A model generated the notes under the pieces. That model saw only the letters and a program-made list of their open reading frames with translations. It had not been told where the DNA came from and searched no databases. Both the position numbers and the translations under genes were made by a program. DNA of 63,650 bases, filler included, from Octopus bimaculoides (Eukaryota): NCBI RefSeq assembly GCF_001194135.2. It is 7 parts of 6 records of this genome, joined end to end, with 100 filler letters (N's around TTAATTAATTAA, not from the genome) between each part and the next. Parts side by side here need not be neighbours in the genome. Positions count along the whole stretch, not along the records: positions 52,914 to 63,650 come from NC_068982.1; 6 more parts are not named here. The stretch is one strand, 5' to 3'. Every line of letters begins with the position of its first letter. Position 1 is the first letter of the stretch. Positions 62,765 to 63,650 of the stretch are shown here, piece after piece.

Positions 62765-63265
62765 GTATTCTATATACCTTACTTAACGTGAATATACGAT
62801 AGAAAGCCGCAGAACTACAGTATTCATCTCGAGACAACATCTCGCATAGACGTATGATGCTAAAATGCACGGAAGAATATTGGTAGCAAACGAAAGTCGT
62901 CCAGTAGCGGTACTGGGATTGCTACATCCATTAGCAACCGTATGCCTAGACAAATGTAGCCTCTAATTATATAGAAAAAAGCAATGGTTAACAAACCACC
63001 AATGGCGCAAATGGCCAGCAGGCTTGATAAAAATTCATTATCAGCGATGGAAGCAGTATTAGTTCAAAATAGCATTCTATATATCTTACGTAACGTTGAT
63101 ATACTATAGAAAGCCACTCGAATGCGGCATTCGTCTCGAGAAAGCACCTCGTATCGATGTTTAATGCTACAAGGTACAGAAGAATATGAGTAGCAGACAA
63201 AGAGCGCTCAGCAGCGGTGATAGAATTCTACATCCGTTAGCACTGGCGTGCTTAGACAAATTTAC
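62765..63265. repeat. Diverged tandem duplication (about 195-bp units, period 307) containing two 77-nt exon-like blocks on the minus strand
   Basis: 62783-62859 and 63090-63166 align without gaps (21 mismatches in 77 nt). Each is bounded by a polypyrimidine-TAG acceptor and a GTAAG donor. Confidence 0.8.
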
Positions 63266-63616
63266 CTTCTTGTGATTACCTGATTTATTTTCTCCGAAGA
63301 AGTTTGAAACTACGTTGTTTGGAAAAAACTTACTTATGTCAAATGACATTTTTCTGTGTCAAGCTCTATCGATGTTAGTATTGGCAGTAATTCAGTATCC
63401 AAGGTTGATGAAACGTAATAACGCAGAAACGTTTGTGTCCTACGATCTGATGAGGTAATTCGAAAGCCAATGTGTTATCATACGTGTTGTCTAGGAGGAG
63501 AAATTTCTCCCAAAGTTATTTCCGCAGCAAAAATTTCCCCCCTGTTCAAGTGAAGTGCACACAAATGTTTTAAATATCATTGTACATGCCTCAACTTTAT
63601 TTAACGCTGCATTGTG

Positions 63617-63650
<34 letters not shown>

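Overview
AT-rich, microsatellite-rich animal genomic scaffold with many N gaps. Six contig joins carry an artificial TTAATTAATTAA spacer. The SINE families look like those I recall from Octopus, so a cephalopod source is an inference, not a database result. There are no prokaryotic features, rRNA, true tRNA or CRISPR arrays. Best-supported genes: (1) two diverged paralogs on the minus strand (ATG at 1435 and 8726) encoding a signal peptide plus a very acidic, K/R-free region. They have identically spaced CCAAT and TATA boxes, and both ORFs end at a same-phase splice donor. A third, inverted, near-identical promoter/5'UTR copy at 15235-15579 runs into a gap. (2) Three phase-compatible ankyrin-repeat exons (minus, 17705-20440). 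Several orphan exon candidates are also present. Most of the remaining sequence is decayed transposons: Helitron helicase, Tc1/mariner (DD37D- and DD41D-like), RLE-type LINEs (CRE-, R4/Dong- and HERO-like), Tx1-like, RTE-like, a Penelope-like fragment, MITEs and at least five SINE families. Most notable non-obvious signals: the small secreted acidic protein family, and several hammerhead ribozyme motifs. These include a complete type III fold at 32603-32653 and a minimal type I motif inside a tRNA-headed SINE. All folds, splice models and family assignments were made by eye.
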